A DNA stretch of 64,000 bases from Clostridiales bacterium (GCA_029070965.1 JAIEBI010000058.1:14135-78134), one strand, 5' to 3'. Shown: positions 8,594 to 18,275, counted from the first letter of the stretch. Notes: generated by a model not told the origin, from the letters alone. Numbers and translations: made by a program.

Positions 8594-11107
8594 ATGGCTG
8601 AAACAACCGAAGAATTCGAATACGAAAAAGACGCAGTCGACAAAATACTCGATATTTGTCGCACGGTCGAGGACAGTGCGGTAAGGCAAATTCTTCTCGG
8701 CCTCGATTACGAGGTGGAGGATTACGAAAAGGCGCTTAAAAAGCTCGGCAAGACTCTTCGAATTGGTACTTCCGAATGTGCGCCGATGTTCAACCGCATA
8801 GTTAACCTTGCGTTTTTGTACATAGTTTCCAAGTACAATTCGCTAGGGCTATCCGCTTCGTCCAACTGCGAAGCGCGTATTCAGCACGCTATTCACCAAA
8901 TGTACAATATGTACAACGTTTCGGACGACGTCGTTAAGTTTGTAATAACCAACGTTGCGCTCGGGCTGGACGCTAGCGAGGAATTCCTTAAAAGATTCGA
9001 GATTATATCGGAGAGTGGTGAATTTTGCCGCAAGACCGACGAGTATATAGATATATTTAAGCATATACAAAAAATCCGCCAGTCATCGTTCAAGGTGACC
9101 GACAATATCGACAACTCTGCCGAGCTTTTGTACGAGCTATTCAAAAAACTCGACTTTATTTGCAAGCTTCGGATTATACCGAGCGACGAGTATGTCGACA
9201 AAGATTCCGCCGTTGCGCCTTGCTCTTTCAAGGTGAACGGCAAGGTTTTCCCGTCCAAGTATTCGCTTGTAAAGTATAAGCGCAACGAGTTCACTACCGA
9301 ATATTTATTTTTGCGCAGCGTGGACGACCGCGAGTTTCCCAACGGCAAAGTAGCGCTTACGCTTAACTATACGAGTCTGGGCAATTACGACACGGGCGAG
9401 TTGACCAAGGTTTTGGTTGTGGGGCTTGATTTCAAGAGGAATCCGCACGCCGTGCGCACACCGAGCTCCGGCAATTACGACACGGGCGAGTTGACCAAGG
9501 CTTTGGTTGATGGGCGCAATTTCAATGAAAATGAGCCCACAGTACTCACGCCGAGCGTCGGCAAATTCTACTCGTACATCACCGGTGACTTGCTTAGAAA
9601 AAGACACAGAATGTCGTTTTGTAACGGTTTGACCGGTTATAAGTATTACGGCGAGCTTGCGGCTGCCGTCATGGACGCGCTCGAAATACTTACCGTTAGC
9701 GGCGATAAAACGTACACCGTTGTAGACAACTACATTTTGCCCGTCATCAAAAACAACTTTAACATATGTAAAGAGGATTGCGTTTGCACGGGCGACGGCT
9801 GTGAATTTGGCATGCGCGATCGTAAGTGCAACAAGTATAAGTGCGTCGATTCGGAAGAGCAGCTCATAACCAAATGTCTTATACACATGGACACGGTGTC
9901 CATACTCACGATACTCTTTTCCGTCGTGGGCTGCAAAGAGATATTGCCGCAAATATTTTCGCAGTTCCATTTCGATACTCCGAAGTCGTACGACAGTCTT
10001 TTTGCGCGCGTCAACGAGCAGCTTGACAAGCGGTTTTCGGAATTTTCGGGTGCTAATGTTGACAATCTTCGCACGAAGTTTTACAAAAAATCGATAGACT
10101 ATTTGTCGCTCGATATAGACAAAAGCGAGTCCGAGGATATTGTCGTCGCGCAAACGCTTAAACCGTTTAAGATACGCGCATATACCGACGCGCTTATTGC
10201 CACTCTCGAAAACCTCGACAAGGAGCCGCTCGATTACAGCGTCAATCCGAGCGAGACCGTTTACACCATAGGCGGCAAGATAGACCTTATCAACGGGCTT
10301 AAAGACATAAATACCGACGACGTAAAAAGCGTACTTCGTGATACGCTCAAAATAATTCTCGCGTACTATTCCGGCCTTGCCAACTGCAAGGGACAACAGC
10401 TAAATTACGAGATTCAAGCGGAGCAAACGACGACGCTCAAAGAAGCGACGGTCAAGCAATGCTACGCGGACATAAACAAAGCGTTTATGAAGGGCGTCGA
10501 CCGCAAGATGGAGCGGCTCGGGCCTAACCCCGACTTTTACACGCTTTTCCACGAGCTTTTCGAGGACATTAAGGACCTGAAAACGGATATTTCCATAATG
10601 CTCGGCAGAGAGATTGTGAGTGCTCGCGGACTATGGTGGTTTGTCGAGCTCGACGACGAGAAGAAAAAATGCTATCTCGTCGAGCGTCGCCGTAAGGACG
10701 GCGGCGGAGGAATGAATACCGTTTATCGGTGTGACCTCGACGACGACAAAAAGTGTGCGGCGGACATTAAAAAATTTACTTCGCGCGTCGTGGCGATTTT
10801 GGAGTTTTTGCGCGGTGAGGAGTCGCGCGGGGCGCGATACGCGTGCTATCCGCAGGTGCTTATTCACACAAGCAGCAAGATAAACGTCGACAACACTACG
10901 ATTAATGCGTTCACCGTGTACGACAACGAGCACTATACGCGCAAAAAGGAATATAACGTAATAACGTATTTCGCGTACGAGATAAGCAAGAGGTATTATT
11001 ATATCGTGCCGAAAAAGTTTGAAAAGACGCGCTGGATAACGTATCCCATACTTATACGTTGTTCCGAGTTCTATAACCGCGTGATAAAGGAGAACGGCAA
11101 TGAGTAA
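8594..11107 (+). CDS. Large hypothetical protein (837 aa) with internal 30-aa duplication and Cys-rich segment
   Basis: Long ORF, RBS AAGGAG, overlaps the TIR gene start by 8 bp. No family recognised. Confidence 0.85.
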   Translation: MAETTEEFEYEKDAVDKILDICRTVEDSAVRQILLGLDYEVEDYEKALKKLGKTLRIGTSECAPMFNRIVNLAFLYIVSKYNSLGLSASSNCEARIQHAIHQMYNMYNVSDDVVKFVITNVALGLDASEEFLKRFEIISESGEFCRKTDEYIDIFKHIQKIRQSSFKVTDNIDNSAELLYELFKKLDFICKLRIIPSDEYVDKDSAVAPCSFKVNGKVFPSKYSLVKYKRNEFTTEYLFLRSVDDREFPNGKVALTLNYTSLGNYDTGELTKVLVVGLDFKRNPHAVRTPSSGNYDTGELTKALVDGRNFNENEPTVLTPSVGKFYSYITGDLLRKRHRMSFCNGLTGYKYYGELAAAVMDALEILTVSGDKTYTVVDNYILPVIKNNFNICKEDCVCTGDGCEFGMRDRKCNKYKCVDSEEQLITKCLIHMDTVSILTILFSVVGCKEILPQIFSQFHFDTPKSYDSLFARVNEQLDKRFSEFSGANVDNLRTKFYKKSIDYLSLDIDKSESEDIVVAQTLKPFKIRAYTDALIATLENLDKEPLDYSVNPSETVYTIGGKIDLINGLKDINTDDVKSVLRDTLKIILAYYSGLANCKGQQLNYEIQAEQTTTLKEATVKQCYADINKAFMKGVDRKMERLGPNPDFYTLFHELFEDIKDLKTDISIMLGREIVSARGLWWFVELDDEKKKCYLVERRRKDGGGGMNTVYRCDLDDDKKCAADIKKFTSRVVAILEFLRGEESRGARYACYPQVLIHTSSKINVDNTTINAFTVYDNEHYTRKKEYNVITYFAYEISKRYYYIVPKKFEKTRWITYPILIRCSEFYNRVIKENGNE
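9380..9559 (+). repeat. In-frame 90-bp tandem duplication
   Basis: GGCAATTACGACACGGGCGAGTTGACCAAGG is identical at 9380-9410 and 9470-9500. The remaining ~59 bp of each unit are diverged. Confidence 0.9.
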
Positions 11108-12278
11108 GACTTTTCTCGACCGAAAAAATCCGGACGTGCCGTATGTGTTTATAAGCTATTCCCATGCGGACGGCGACCCCGATAAACCCGAAAAAAATTA
11201 CGTCGGAAAGATGCTGACTGCGCTAAACGACCTCGGCGCGAATTTTTGGTACGACAGCAAACTCCGCATCGGACAAGATTGGTTTGAAAGGGTCAAGGCG
11301 GTAACGGCAAACAAGAATTGCATGGGAATCATCTACATAATGAGTCCCGATTTCATGCTGAGTGACGCCTGCTTTAAGGAATTTTCGCTTTTTGACGAGC
11401 TCAAAAAAACACACGACAATTTTCGCGCGTGTCACATTTTGATGGACGAGGAAAAGCCGACAGACTTTTATAAGTTTATCGATGACGCTCGCGATAAGCT
11501 ACGCGCCAAAGGATTGGAACGCGATAAAGCTAAAATAATACGTCAGAATTTAGAAGAATATGAAGACTGCTTCGATCCCAATATTCTCTATTGCGCTATT
11601 GCAAAGTCCGACGTGGACGACGACAAATTTGTGCGCAAGCTGTTTGCAGACGTTTTTCAAGCTTGGGGTTGCGCTTCCGAGGAAACGGGCAAGATAGACG
11701 CTCTCGTAGATGATCAGCTTGTGAACGGCGATTATCGTATAAAAATCAAAGACTGCTACATGCTTACGGGCATCGTCAACCGAAGCGAGGCGGAATGGAA
11801 AGCGTTTTCTTACAACGGAAACACACTGTCCGCGATACTTGTCTCTGAAGAGCTGTACTCGGCTACATGTCGCTCGCTCGCAAAAAACGCAATGGCGGAA
11901 ACGAATAGGCTTATCAACATTTCCGAAAAAGCGGATGCGGATGAGAAGATACAACAAGAAAAACATTTCGTATTCGATCCCGATTTTTTGGAGTGTTTAA
12001 TCAAAGATGAGGATGGAAATGTTATTAGATTTTTGCGTGCGTCGGAACACACCAAGAACTATTTGCAGTTAAGGGAAGCGCTTACAAAAGTGCCGCCAAC
12101 CTCGGCTGCGGACGACGGATACTTTTTCGTCACCGACAATCAGGATAACGTTTTGTTTGCCGACAGGGCGAGCGACGACGTTTACAGGCATATCCACGTC
12201 GACGCGTACGCCAGCCTGTTTCCGGTTATCGATATAGATTTAAACAAGTATAAAGAGTATATAGCCAAGAAAAATTAA
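11100..12278 (+). CDS. TIR-domain protein with DUF6273-like C-terminal region
   Basis: YVFISYSHAD, FWYDSKLRIGQDW, IMSPDFMLSDACFKE (E94) = TIR_2 signature. The C-terminal assignment is weaker. Confidence 0.85.
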   Translation: MSKTFLDRKNPDVPYVFISYSHADGDPDKPEKNYVGKMLTALNDLGANFWYDSKLRIGQDWFERVKAVTANKNCMGIIYIMSPDFMLSDACFKEFSLFDELKKTHDNFRACHILMDEEKPTDFYKFIDDARDKLRAKGLERDKAKIIRQNLEEYEDCFDPNILYCAIAKSDVDDDKFVRKLFADVFQAWGCASEETGKIDALVDDQLVNGDYRIKIKDCYMLTGIVNRSEAEWKAFSYNGNTLSAILVSEELYSATCRSLAKNAMAETNRLINISEKADADEKIQQEKHFVFDPDFLECLIKDEDGNVIRFLRASEHTKNYLQLREALTKVPPTSAADDGYFFVTDNQDNVLFADRASDDVYRHIHVDAYASLFPVIDIDLNKYKEYIAKKN

Positions 12279-12294
12279 TAGACGATACAAAAAT

Positions 12295-12331
12295 AATATC
12301 CCCGCGCAAAACGTAGGGATATTGTTTTTTT
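12295..12331 (+). terminator. Intrinsic terminator closing the operon
   Basis: AATATCCC...GGGATATT stem followed by G-T7. Confidence 0.75.
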
Positions 12332-12454
12332 GGGGTATTATCGCACAGTGAGTGCGCGGTAACCCAACATACAAAACGGAGCAAGAGCCTTGACCTTTCC
12401 GCCGTATAGTGGTAGAATTATTTCGATATTAATTAAGCGGCCGAGGAGCGTTTT

Positions 12455-14812
12455 ATGAAGAAGCTTATTGCTTTTGTTTTGGCGGTAATTTCCGCGATTG
12501 CCTGCATATTCGGCATATCGGGGTGCAAGGCAAAAGCGACAAAAGATAAACCGCAGTCTTCTTCGTTAAAAGCCACGGCGCTGGGCATAGGCGGCGGCGG
12601 GGCGCTTTTTTCGCCCGCAATCAGTCCGTTGGACGAAAGCACTATGGCGGTTATACCCGACATGGGCGGCGTTTACGTATCGCACAATGCGGGGGTGGAC
12701 TGGAAGAGAACGAATATACAAGGTATTGTACAAAAAGCATATTTCGATCCCAATAAAAAAGGCGTAGTCTATGCGGGCGGTTCGGGACTATACAGAAGCA
12801 CGGATAACGGCGACAGCTTTAATATAATCTTCCCGCGCGAGGAAGAGATAATCGAAAGAAGAACAAGTGATGAAACAACTATGCACTATTTATTTACAAG
12901 CGGGAATTATCCGACGTACAAACTTGTAAAGGACATATTGGTAAACCCCAACGATTCCGATAACATCTTTGTGCTTATGTACTACGGGAAAGATGGTTCC
13001 GTATTTGAAAGCAAGGACAACGGTAAAAGCTTTGAGGAAATATTCTCTTACACCAAACAAGAGTTTTACGGCGTTTGGCAAGGCTTCAACAAGCTTTTAT
13101 ACCAAAAGGAAACGGATACGTTATATTACGCCATAGAAGAAGGGATATTTAAATTCGATAGAAACGAACGCCAATGCAACCGCGTATATAGCAGCGACTT
13201 GGGAATAGTCGACATTGCGTATTTTCAAGAAAACGGCAAGACCTATTTTGCGGTTATAGAAAAAACCGATCAGCTTGAAAAATTCGATACAAAGGTATTT
13301 TATACAACCGATTTTACGTCCGAAAGCACGGTGGATATAACCGACAAAATAGTAATCGGCTTGCAGGATACGTTTGACGCTTCGGGATATGCGGGCGTTA
13401 CGTATAATTGGAAATTTCAATATATAGCAGCAAATTCGATAAATAATATTTACGTAACTCAAAATTCATTCTCTAATAATTCGGCTTACCCGTATACCAT
13501 AGCAGGGATTATACGCTTTAACGGGCAAGGCGGCAAATGGCTGTACGGCAATCCGTACAAAAATCACGCGACCGACGCCTTAGTGGAAAAGGGCTGGAAT
13601 GACGGTAATATAGCGGCCTTCGGAATTGCATTGAGCAAAAAAGTCGAAGGCGCTATATTGTACACAACCTTATGCGGCGTTTACTATTCGCCCGACAGCG
13701 AGCATTTTTATCAACGGTATTGCCACACTATCAAAGAAGGTAATATTACAAAATACGTTACAAACGGCATTGACGAACAAACAACCTACGGCGTGCGAGT
13801 AAATCCGTTTAACAAAGACAACATACTGCTGCTGAACACCGATTTGGGATTGATAAGAAGCGAGGATAACGGAGCGTCATGGTCAAGGGCGTTGACGGGA
13901 ATTAATTCGGCATGGACTAACACCGTATACGACGCTCAATTCGATACAAGAAAAGAAAACGTCGTATATTCGGTATGGTCGGGACGACATGATATGCCGT
14001 ATGAACCGAGCAACGAGACGGACGGTGCAAATAAAAGAGGTGGATTTGCAATATCTAACGATGCGGGAAAGACATGGGACAGTGCGTATTCCACGGGCTT
14101 GCCGGAAACTTCGATACCTGTAAAAATGAGTATTGTCTATCCGCAAAACAACGGAGCCGAATTAACGATATACGTCGCTACGATGAACCATGGATTTTTT
14201 GTAAGCTACGATACGGGAAAAACATTTGCGGAAATAAACGACGGGATAGAAAGAGTCAGCTATAAAGAAGGCGAGCAATACCGATATATTTTGGCTGAAG
14301 ATATAGAAGCGAAAGACGGCAGGGTATTCGGTTGTACGGCAAGAAGTAACTATAACGGTCAAGTGCAAGCGGGGGAAGTGTTCGAGCTGAAAAATAACAG
14401 GTGGGAAAAAATCGAATTACCAGCCGATGTACAAACACCGAGAGATATATATTACCACAACGGAACGCTGTACGTATCGGCAACGGTGGTACGAACATGG
14501 AATCCCCATAACGGCGTGGACTACGGAAGCGTGGGCGGCGGACTTTACGCCTATAAGGATGGACAAATAAATCAAATATTTGATAAAAATATCTCCGTAA
14601 CGGGAGTGCAAATCGATTCCAAAGGCGTAATGTACGTAAGCGATATCAACGGAAATATTTACCGCAAAACCGCCAAAAGCGATTACGTAAAGATTTATAA
14701 CAGTTATCACAGCATCAGCAAAGGCGTACAGCTGGAAAACGATAACGTACTCTATTTACCGACCTTTGGCGGCGGGTTGCTAAAATTGGAAGGACTGGAA
14801 AGTCTTCGTTAA
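12455..14812 (+). CDS. Secreted lipoprotein, BNR/Asp-box double beta-propeller (GH74-like fold)
   Basis: Signal peptide with lipobox IFGISGC. GIGGGGALFSPAISP..PDMGGVYVS; Asp-boxes STDNGDSF, SKDNGKSF, SEDNGASW, SNDAGKTW, SYDTGKTF. Confidence 0.8.
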   Translation: MKKLIAFVLAVISAIACIFGISGCKAKATKDKPQSSSLKATALGIGGGGALFSPAISPLDESTMAVIPDMGGVYVSHNAGVDWKRTNIQGIVQKAYFDPNKKGVVYAGGSGLYRSTDNGDSFNIIFPREEEIIERRTSDETTMHYLFTSGNYPTYKLVKDILVNPNDSDNIFVLMYYGKDGSVFESKDNGKSFEEIFSYTKQEFYGVWQGFNKLLYQKETDTLYYAIEEGIFKFDRNERQCNRVYSSDLGIVDIAYFQENGKTYFAVIEKTDQLEKFDTKVFYTTDFTSESTVDITDKIVIGLQDTFDASGYAGVTYNWKFQYIAANSINNIYVTQNSFSNNSAYPYTIAGIIRFNGQGGKWLYGNPYKNHATDALVEKGWNDGNIAAFGIALSKKVEGAILYTTLCGVYYSPDSEHFYQRYCHTIKEGNITKYVTNGIDEQTTYGVRVNPFNKDNILLLNTDLGLIRSEDNGASWSRALTGINSAWTNTVYDAQFDTRKENVVYSVWSGRHDMPYEPSNETDGANKRGGFAISNDAGKTWDSAYSTGLPETSIPVKMSIVYPQNNGAELTIYVATMNHGFFVSYDTGKTFAEINDGIERVSYKEGEQYRYILAEDIEAKDGRVFGCTARSNYNGQVQAGEVFELKNNRWEKIELPADVQTPRDIYYHNGTLYVSATVVRTWNPHNGVDYGSVGGGLYAYKDGQINQIFDKNISVTGVQIDSKGVMYVSDINGNIYRKTAKSDYVKIYNSYHSISKGVQLENDNVLYLPTFGGGLLKLEGLESLR

Positions 14813-14884
14813 GGCGGCAGCTGAAAAATATTTTAGCGGTTACATTTACGAATATATCGTAGACAGTGCAAAATAGAACACAAA

Positions 14885-14913
14885 AAACAGCCTCCGTAAT
14901 GCGGGGGCTGTTT
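14885..14913. terminator. Bidirectional terminator between convergent genes
   Basis: AAACAGCCTCCG-TAATG-CGGGGGCTGTTT. Confidence 0.75.
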
Positions 14914-14927
14914 GTGGGATTTTGTAT

Positions 14928-15377
14928 TTAATAATAGTAGTGGTAATAGTAGTACGGGGTAGAGGCAATTTGCGTCATTACGATGATGAATATGAGTACG
15001 TAAAGGGCGATGAACACAATGCTCAAAATCAAACCCGCCTTAGCCAAGCCATGGTTTTTCTTTCTGTTCAAGCCGATTATCGAAAAAATCAAGCCTAGTA
15101 TCGGCGAGAAAAAGGAGAATATAAATCCGAGCAAGCCGAATACGCCGTTTTCCGCCGCGGAGGTCGGGGCATTTTGGGCTTGCGGTTTCGGTTGCGGCGG
15201 CGGTGGAGTTTGCGTGTTGTTGGTTGTGGGCGGTACGAGCGGCGCAAAAGGGTCGTAATCGTCTTCGACCTCGGGCGTTATTGAATCTTTTTGTTCGGCG
15301 AGATAGGTGGGTTCGCCGCAATTATAGCAAAACCTACTGTCGTCGGATAGCTGTGTGCCGCATTTTCTGCAAAACAT
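14928..15377 (-). CDS. Zinc-ribbon + DUF4190-like membrane protein
   Basis: MFCRKCG...FCYNCG, Pro-rich linker, two TM helices. RBS AGGGAG before ATG 15377. Confidence 0.8.
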   Translation of the reverse strand: MFCRKCGTQLSDDSRFCYNCGEPTYLAEQKDSITPEVEDDYDPFAPLVPPTTNNTQTPPPPQPKPQAQNAPTSAAENGVFGLLGFIFSFFSPILGLIFSIIGLNRKKNHGLAKAGLILSIVFIALYVLIFIIVMTQIASTPYYYYHYYY

Positions 15378-15539
15378 ATTTTTTCTCCCTATGAATTGTA
15401 CATATATATTATATATAAGCTTCCCGTAAAAAGTCAATATAATTAAGATTAAAATATGATTAGAAAGTGAAAGAATGGTAGCAAATGTGTTTTTACAAAA
15501 GTACTTGCAATAATGCTCGATTTAATGTATAATTACAGT

Positions 15540-16208
15540 ATGAAAAACTTTGTATTTGATTTTTATAACACGCTTGTCGACATTCGCACCGACGAGCACA
15601 GTGAAGAGAGCTGGCAGGGCGTTGTCGCGTTCTTTGCCGAGCGCGGCATTGAAGCCGATCCGCAAAAGCTGATTGCGCTTTACGACGAGTGCTGGTCGAG
15701 CTATTTGTTCGACCTTAAAGAGACGTCCAAGTACGATTATCCCGAGGGCGACATCACCGAGGTGTACAAGCGCATGGCGATAACGCTGGGCGGAGCGCTC
15801 TCCGACAAGGAAGCCGCTTTGTGTGCACAAATCGCGCGCAGGGATTCCATGCGCAAGTTTTGCCTTTTCGACGGTACAGTCGAGCTGCTCAAAACGCTTA
15901 AACGCACGTCCAAGCTGTACCTTTTGAGCAATGCGCAAAGCGTGTTCACCATGGACGAAATAAATTCGCTCGGCATTGCGGATTTGTTCGACGGCATCAT
16001 GCTCAGCTCGGACTACGGTTGCCGCAAGCCCGACAAGGCGTTTTTCGACTGCCTGTTCAAAAAGTACGGGCTGCGTCGGCGCGACACCGTAATGGTGGGC
16101 GACGATATAGAAAGCGACGGCAAGGGCGCAACCGCCTACGGCTTGCGCTACGTGTACGCCGGTGGCGGCGCGGCGGCGCACCGTGTGGAAATTATCACGC
16201 TTAAATAG
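15540..16208 (+). CDS. HAD-family hydrolase
   Basis: FDFYNTL motif I, LSNA, KPD, MVGDDIESD. Promoter TTGCAA-17-TATAAT (15505-15533) directly upstream. Confidence 0.88.
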   Translation: MKNFVFDFYNTLVDIRTDEHSEESWQGVVAFFAERGIEADPQKLIALYDECWSSYLFDLKETSKYDYPEGDITEVYKRMAITLGGALSDKEAALCAQIARRDSMRKFCLFDGTVELLKTLKRTSKLYLLSNAQSVFTMDEINSLGIADLFDGIMLSSDYGCRKPDKAFFDCLFKKYGLRRRDTVMVGDDIESDGKGATAYGLRYVYAGGGAAAHRVEIITLK

Positions 16209-16218
16209 GCGCGTAAAT

Positions 16219-16920
16219 ATGCTGTTGGATTCAATCATATTCGATTTGGACGGAACGCTGCTCGATACGCTGGACGATTTGACAGCGGCGGTCAATCACG
16301 CGCTTAATGCGTTTTCGTTGCCGACCGTGACCAAGCCGCGAGTGCGGCGGTACGTCGGCAACGGTGTGCCGAAATTGATAGAACGCGCGGTGTTCTTTGC
16401 TACTACGGGCGCCGACCCCGATCTCGACGGCAACAACGATTGCGACAGGTCGCTCGTTTCCGCTTGCCTTGCGCTGTTCACCGAATACTACGACAAGCAC
16501 AGCTCCGATTATACCGCGCCGTACGCGGGCGTGGCGGAAATGCTTGCGGCGGTAAAAGATATAGGACTTAAATCGGCTATCGTCACCAACAAGTACGACG
16601 GAGCGGCGCGCGAGCTGAAAAATATTTTCTTCCCCACGGTGGATTTGATTATCGGCGCGCAGGACGGCATACGCCCCAAGCCTTCGCCCGACGGCGTGTA
16701 CAAGGCGCTCGAAATGCTGGGCAGTTCTACCTCGCGCTCGGTGTACGTGGGCGACGGCGAAACAGATATGAAAACAGCCGCGGCGTGCGGTATGCCCGTG
16801 GTGGCGGTTACGTGGGGCTTCCGCGACGAATACGTGCTGCGTGAATTCAATCCCGACTTTGTAATAAATAAACCGTCCGAGCTGCTTAGTGCGCTTCGCG
16901 GCGGCGGATTGATAGCGTAG
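16219..16920 (+). CDS. HAD-family hydrolase, phosphoglycolate phosphatase-like
   Basis: FDLDGTLLDT, VTNK, KPSPD, YVGDGETD, GVTWGFR-like AVTWGFR. Confidence 0.9.
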   Translation: MLLDSIIFDLDGTLLDTLDDLTAAVNHALNAFSLPTVTKPRVRRYVGNGVPKLIERAVFFATTGADPDLDGNNDCDRSLVSACLALFTEYYDKHSSDYTAPYAGVAEMLAAVKDIGLKSAIVTNKYDGAARELKNIFFPTVDLIIGAQDGIRPKPSPDGVYKALEMLGSSTSRSVYVGDGETDMKTAAACGMPVVAVTWGFRDEYVLREFNPDFVINKPSELLSALRGGGLIA

Positions 16921-16929
16921 AGGAAAAAC

Positions 16930-17631
16930 ATGACGGTAGAGGAATATAAATCGCGTGTAGAAAAAGCACAGCGTATCGTGTTTTTCGGCGGGGCGGGAGT
17001 GTCCACCGAAAGCGGCATCCCCGACTTTCGCAGTACCGACGGGCTGTACAACCAAAAGTACGACGCGCCGCCCGAGGTCATACTTTCCGCCGATTATTTT
17101 TACGGGCACACGGACAAGTTTTACAAATTTTACTTTGACAAAATGATTTACACGTCCGCGCAACCGAACGCCGCGCACAAAAAGCTGGCGGAGTGGGAGC
17201 GCGCCGGCAAGCTGCTCGCGGTAGTTACGCAAAACATCGACGGCTTGCACCAAGCCGCGGGCAGTAAAAACGTTTTCGAGCTGCACGGCACCGTGCACGG
17301 CAATCATTGTTTGCGGTGCGGCAAGAGTTATACGCTCGACGAGATGTGCGCACATAAGCCCGACGTGCCGCGGTGTAGCTGCGGCGGCGTTATCAAGCCC
17401 GACGTGGTGCTGTACGGCGAGAGCTTGCCCGAGGACGCGGTAAGCGGCGCGGTGGAAGCTATTGCAAATGCGGATATGCTCATTGTGGGCGGGACGTCGC
17501 TTTCGGTATATCCCGCGGCTGGATTTATCGGCTATTACAGTGGCGACAGGGACAACCTAATAGTAATAAACAAGTCGCGCATAGACGGGTTTAAAAACCA
17601 GCTGAACGGCAAGCTCGGCGAATTGCTGTAA
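16930..17631 (+). CDS. cobB: NAD-dependent protein deacylase (sirtuin)
   Basis: [25 protein letters not shown], CxxC...CxC zinc site, [19 protein letters not shown]. Confidence 0.93.
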   Translation: MTVEEYKSRVEKAQRIVFFGGAGVSTESGIPDFRSTDGLYNQKYDAPPEVILSADYFYGHTDKFYKFYFDKMIYTSAQPNAAHKKLAEWERAGKLLAVVTQNIDGLHQAAGSKNVFELHGTVHGNHCLRCGKSYTLDEMCAHKPDVPRCSCGGVIKPDVVLYGESLPEDAVSGAVEAIANADMLIVGGTSLSVYPAAGFIGYYSGDRDNLIVINKSRIDGFKNQLNGKLGELL

Positions 17632-17646
17632 AAGGAGAGCGCAATA

Positions 17647-18210
17647 ATGAACGGCTTTGATGGCGGCGAAAAAAAACTTAACGCGGGGCGGGCGCGGTCT
17701 ATGGACCTCATTACGACCGCCTTGTTCGAGCTGCTGGAAAAAACGCCGTTTGCGCAAATAACGATAAGCGAGCTGTGCCAAAAGGCGGGTGTGGCGCGCA
17801 AAACCTTTTACAGGAATTTCAAGGACAAAACGGCTGTGGTCGAGCGACTTGTCGATCAGGTGTTTTATGAGTTCCAACAAAAGTACGATTTCAAAACCTC
17901 GGGCGCGCGCAAGATATACAGGTATTGGTACGAGTATATTCTTTGTACCAAGGAATTTTCGGCTATGTTTTTCGACCCCGATTTGTACCTGTTCATAGTG
18001 CAAAAAATCCGCGAGTTTGTTCAAATTGAGGTGGAGGAGGCGATGTACAACGCCGCGTCCTTCGATCCGCTTCACGCCGATTATTATTTGAGCTTTGCCG
18101 CGGCGGGCATAGCCTCGATAATGCGCGAGTGGATGAAAAACGATTACCAAACCCCCGCGGACGTCATGGCGGTTATGACCGCAAGACTTATCGGCGGAAT
18201 ATTAATGTAA
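17647..18210 (+). CDS. TetR/AcrR-family transcriptional regulator
   Basis: ITISELCQKAGVARKTFYRNF helix-turn-helix. Confidence 0.9.
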   Translation: MNGFDGGEKKLNAGRARSMDLITTALFELLEKTPFAQITISELCQKAGVARKTFYRNFKDKTAVVERLVDQVFYEFQQKYDFKTSGARKIYRYWYEYILCTKEFSAMFFDPDLYLFIVQKIREFVQIEVEEAMYNAASFDPLHADYYLSFAAAGIASIMREWMKNDYQTPADVMAVMTARLIGGILM

Positions 18211-18275
18211 AAAACAGTTGCATTTATCAAAAAAATCGTGTATATTAATATGCACGGCAAAAGCCATACTATTAT

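Noticed and set aside
9380-9559. DGR template/variable repeat or CRISPR interpretation of the 90-bp duplication
   Set aside because: Tandem and in-frame, differences are not confined to adenines, and no reverse transcriptase or cas gene is in the window.
16231-17355. 374-aa minus-strand ORF
   Set aside because: Antisense to the HAD and sirtuin genes, which have clear motifs.
16930-17631. Sirtuin as a defence SIR2 partner of the TIR operon
   Set aside because: It is a short classical CobB deacylase with zinc site in a housekeeping cluster, not a ThsA/DSR-type SIR2.
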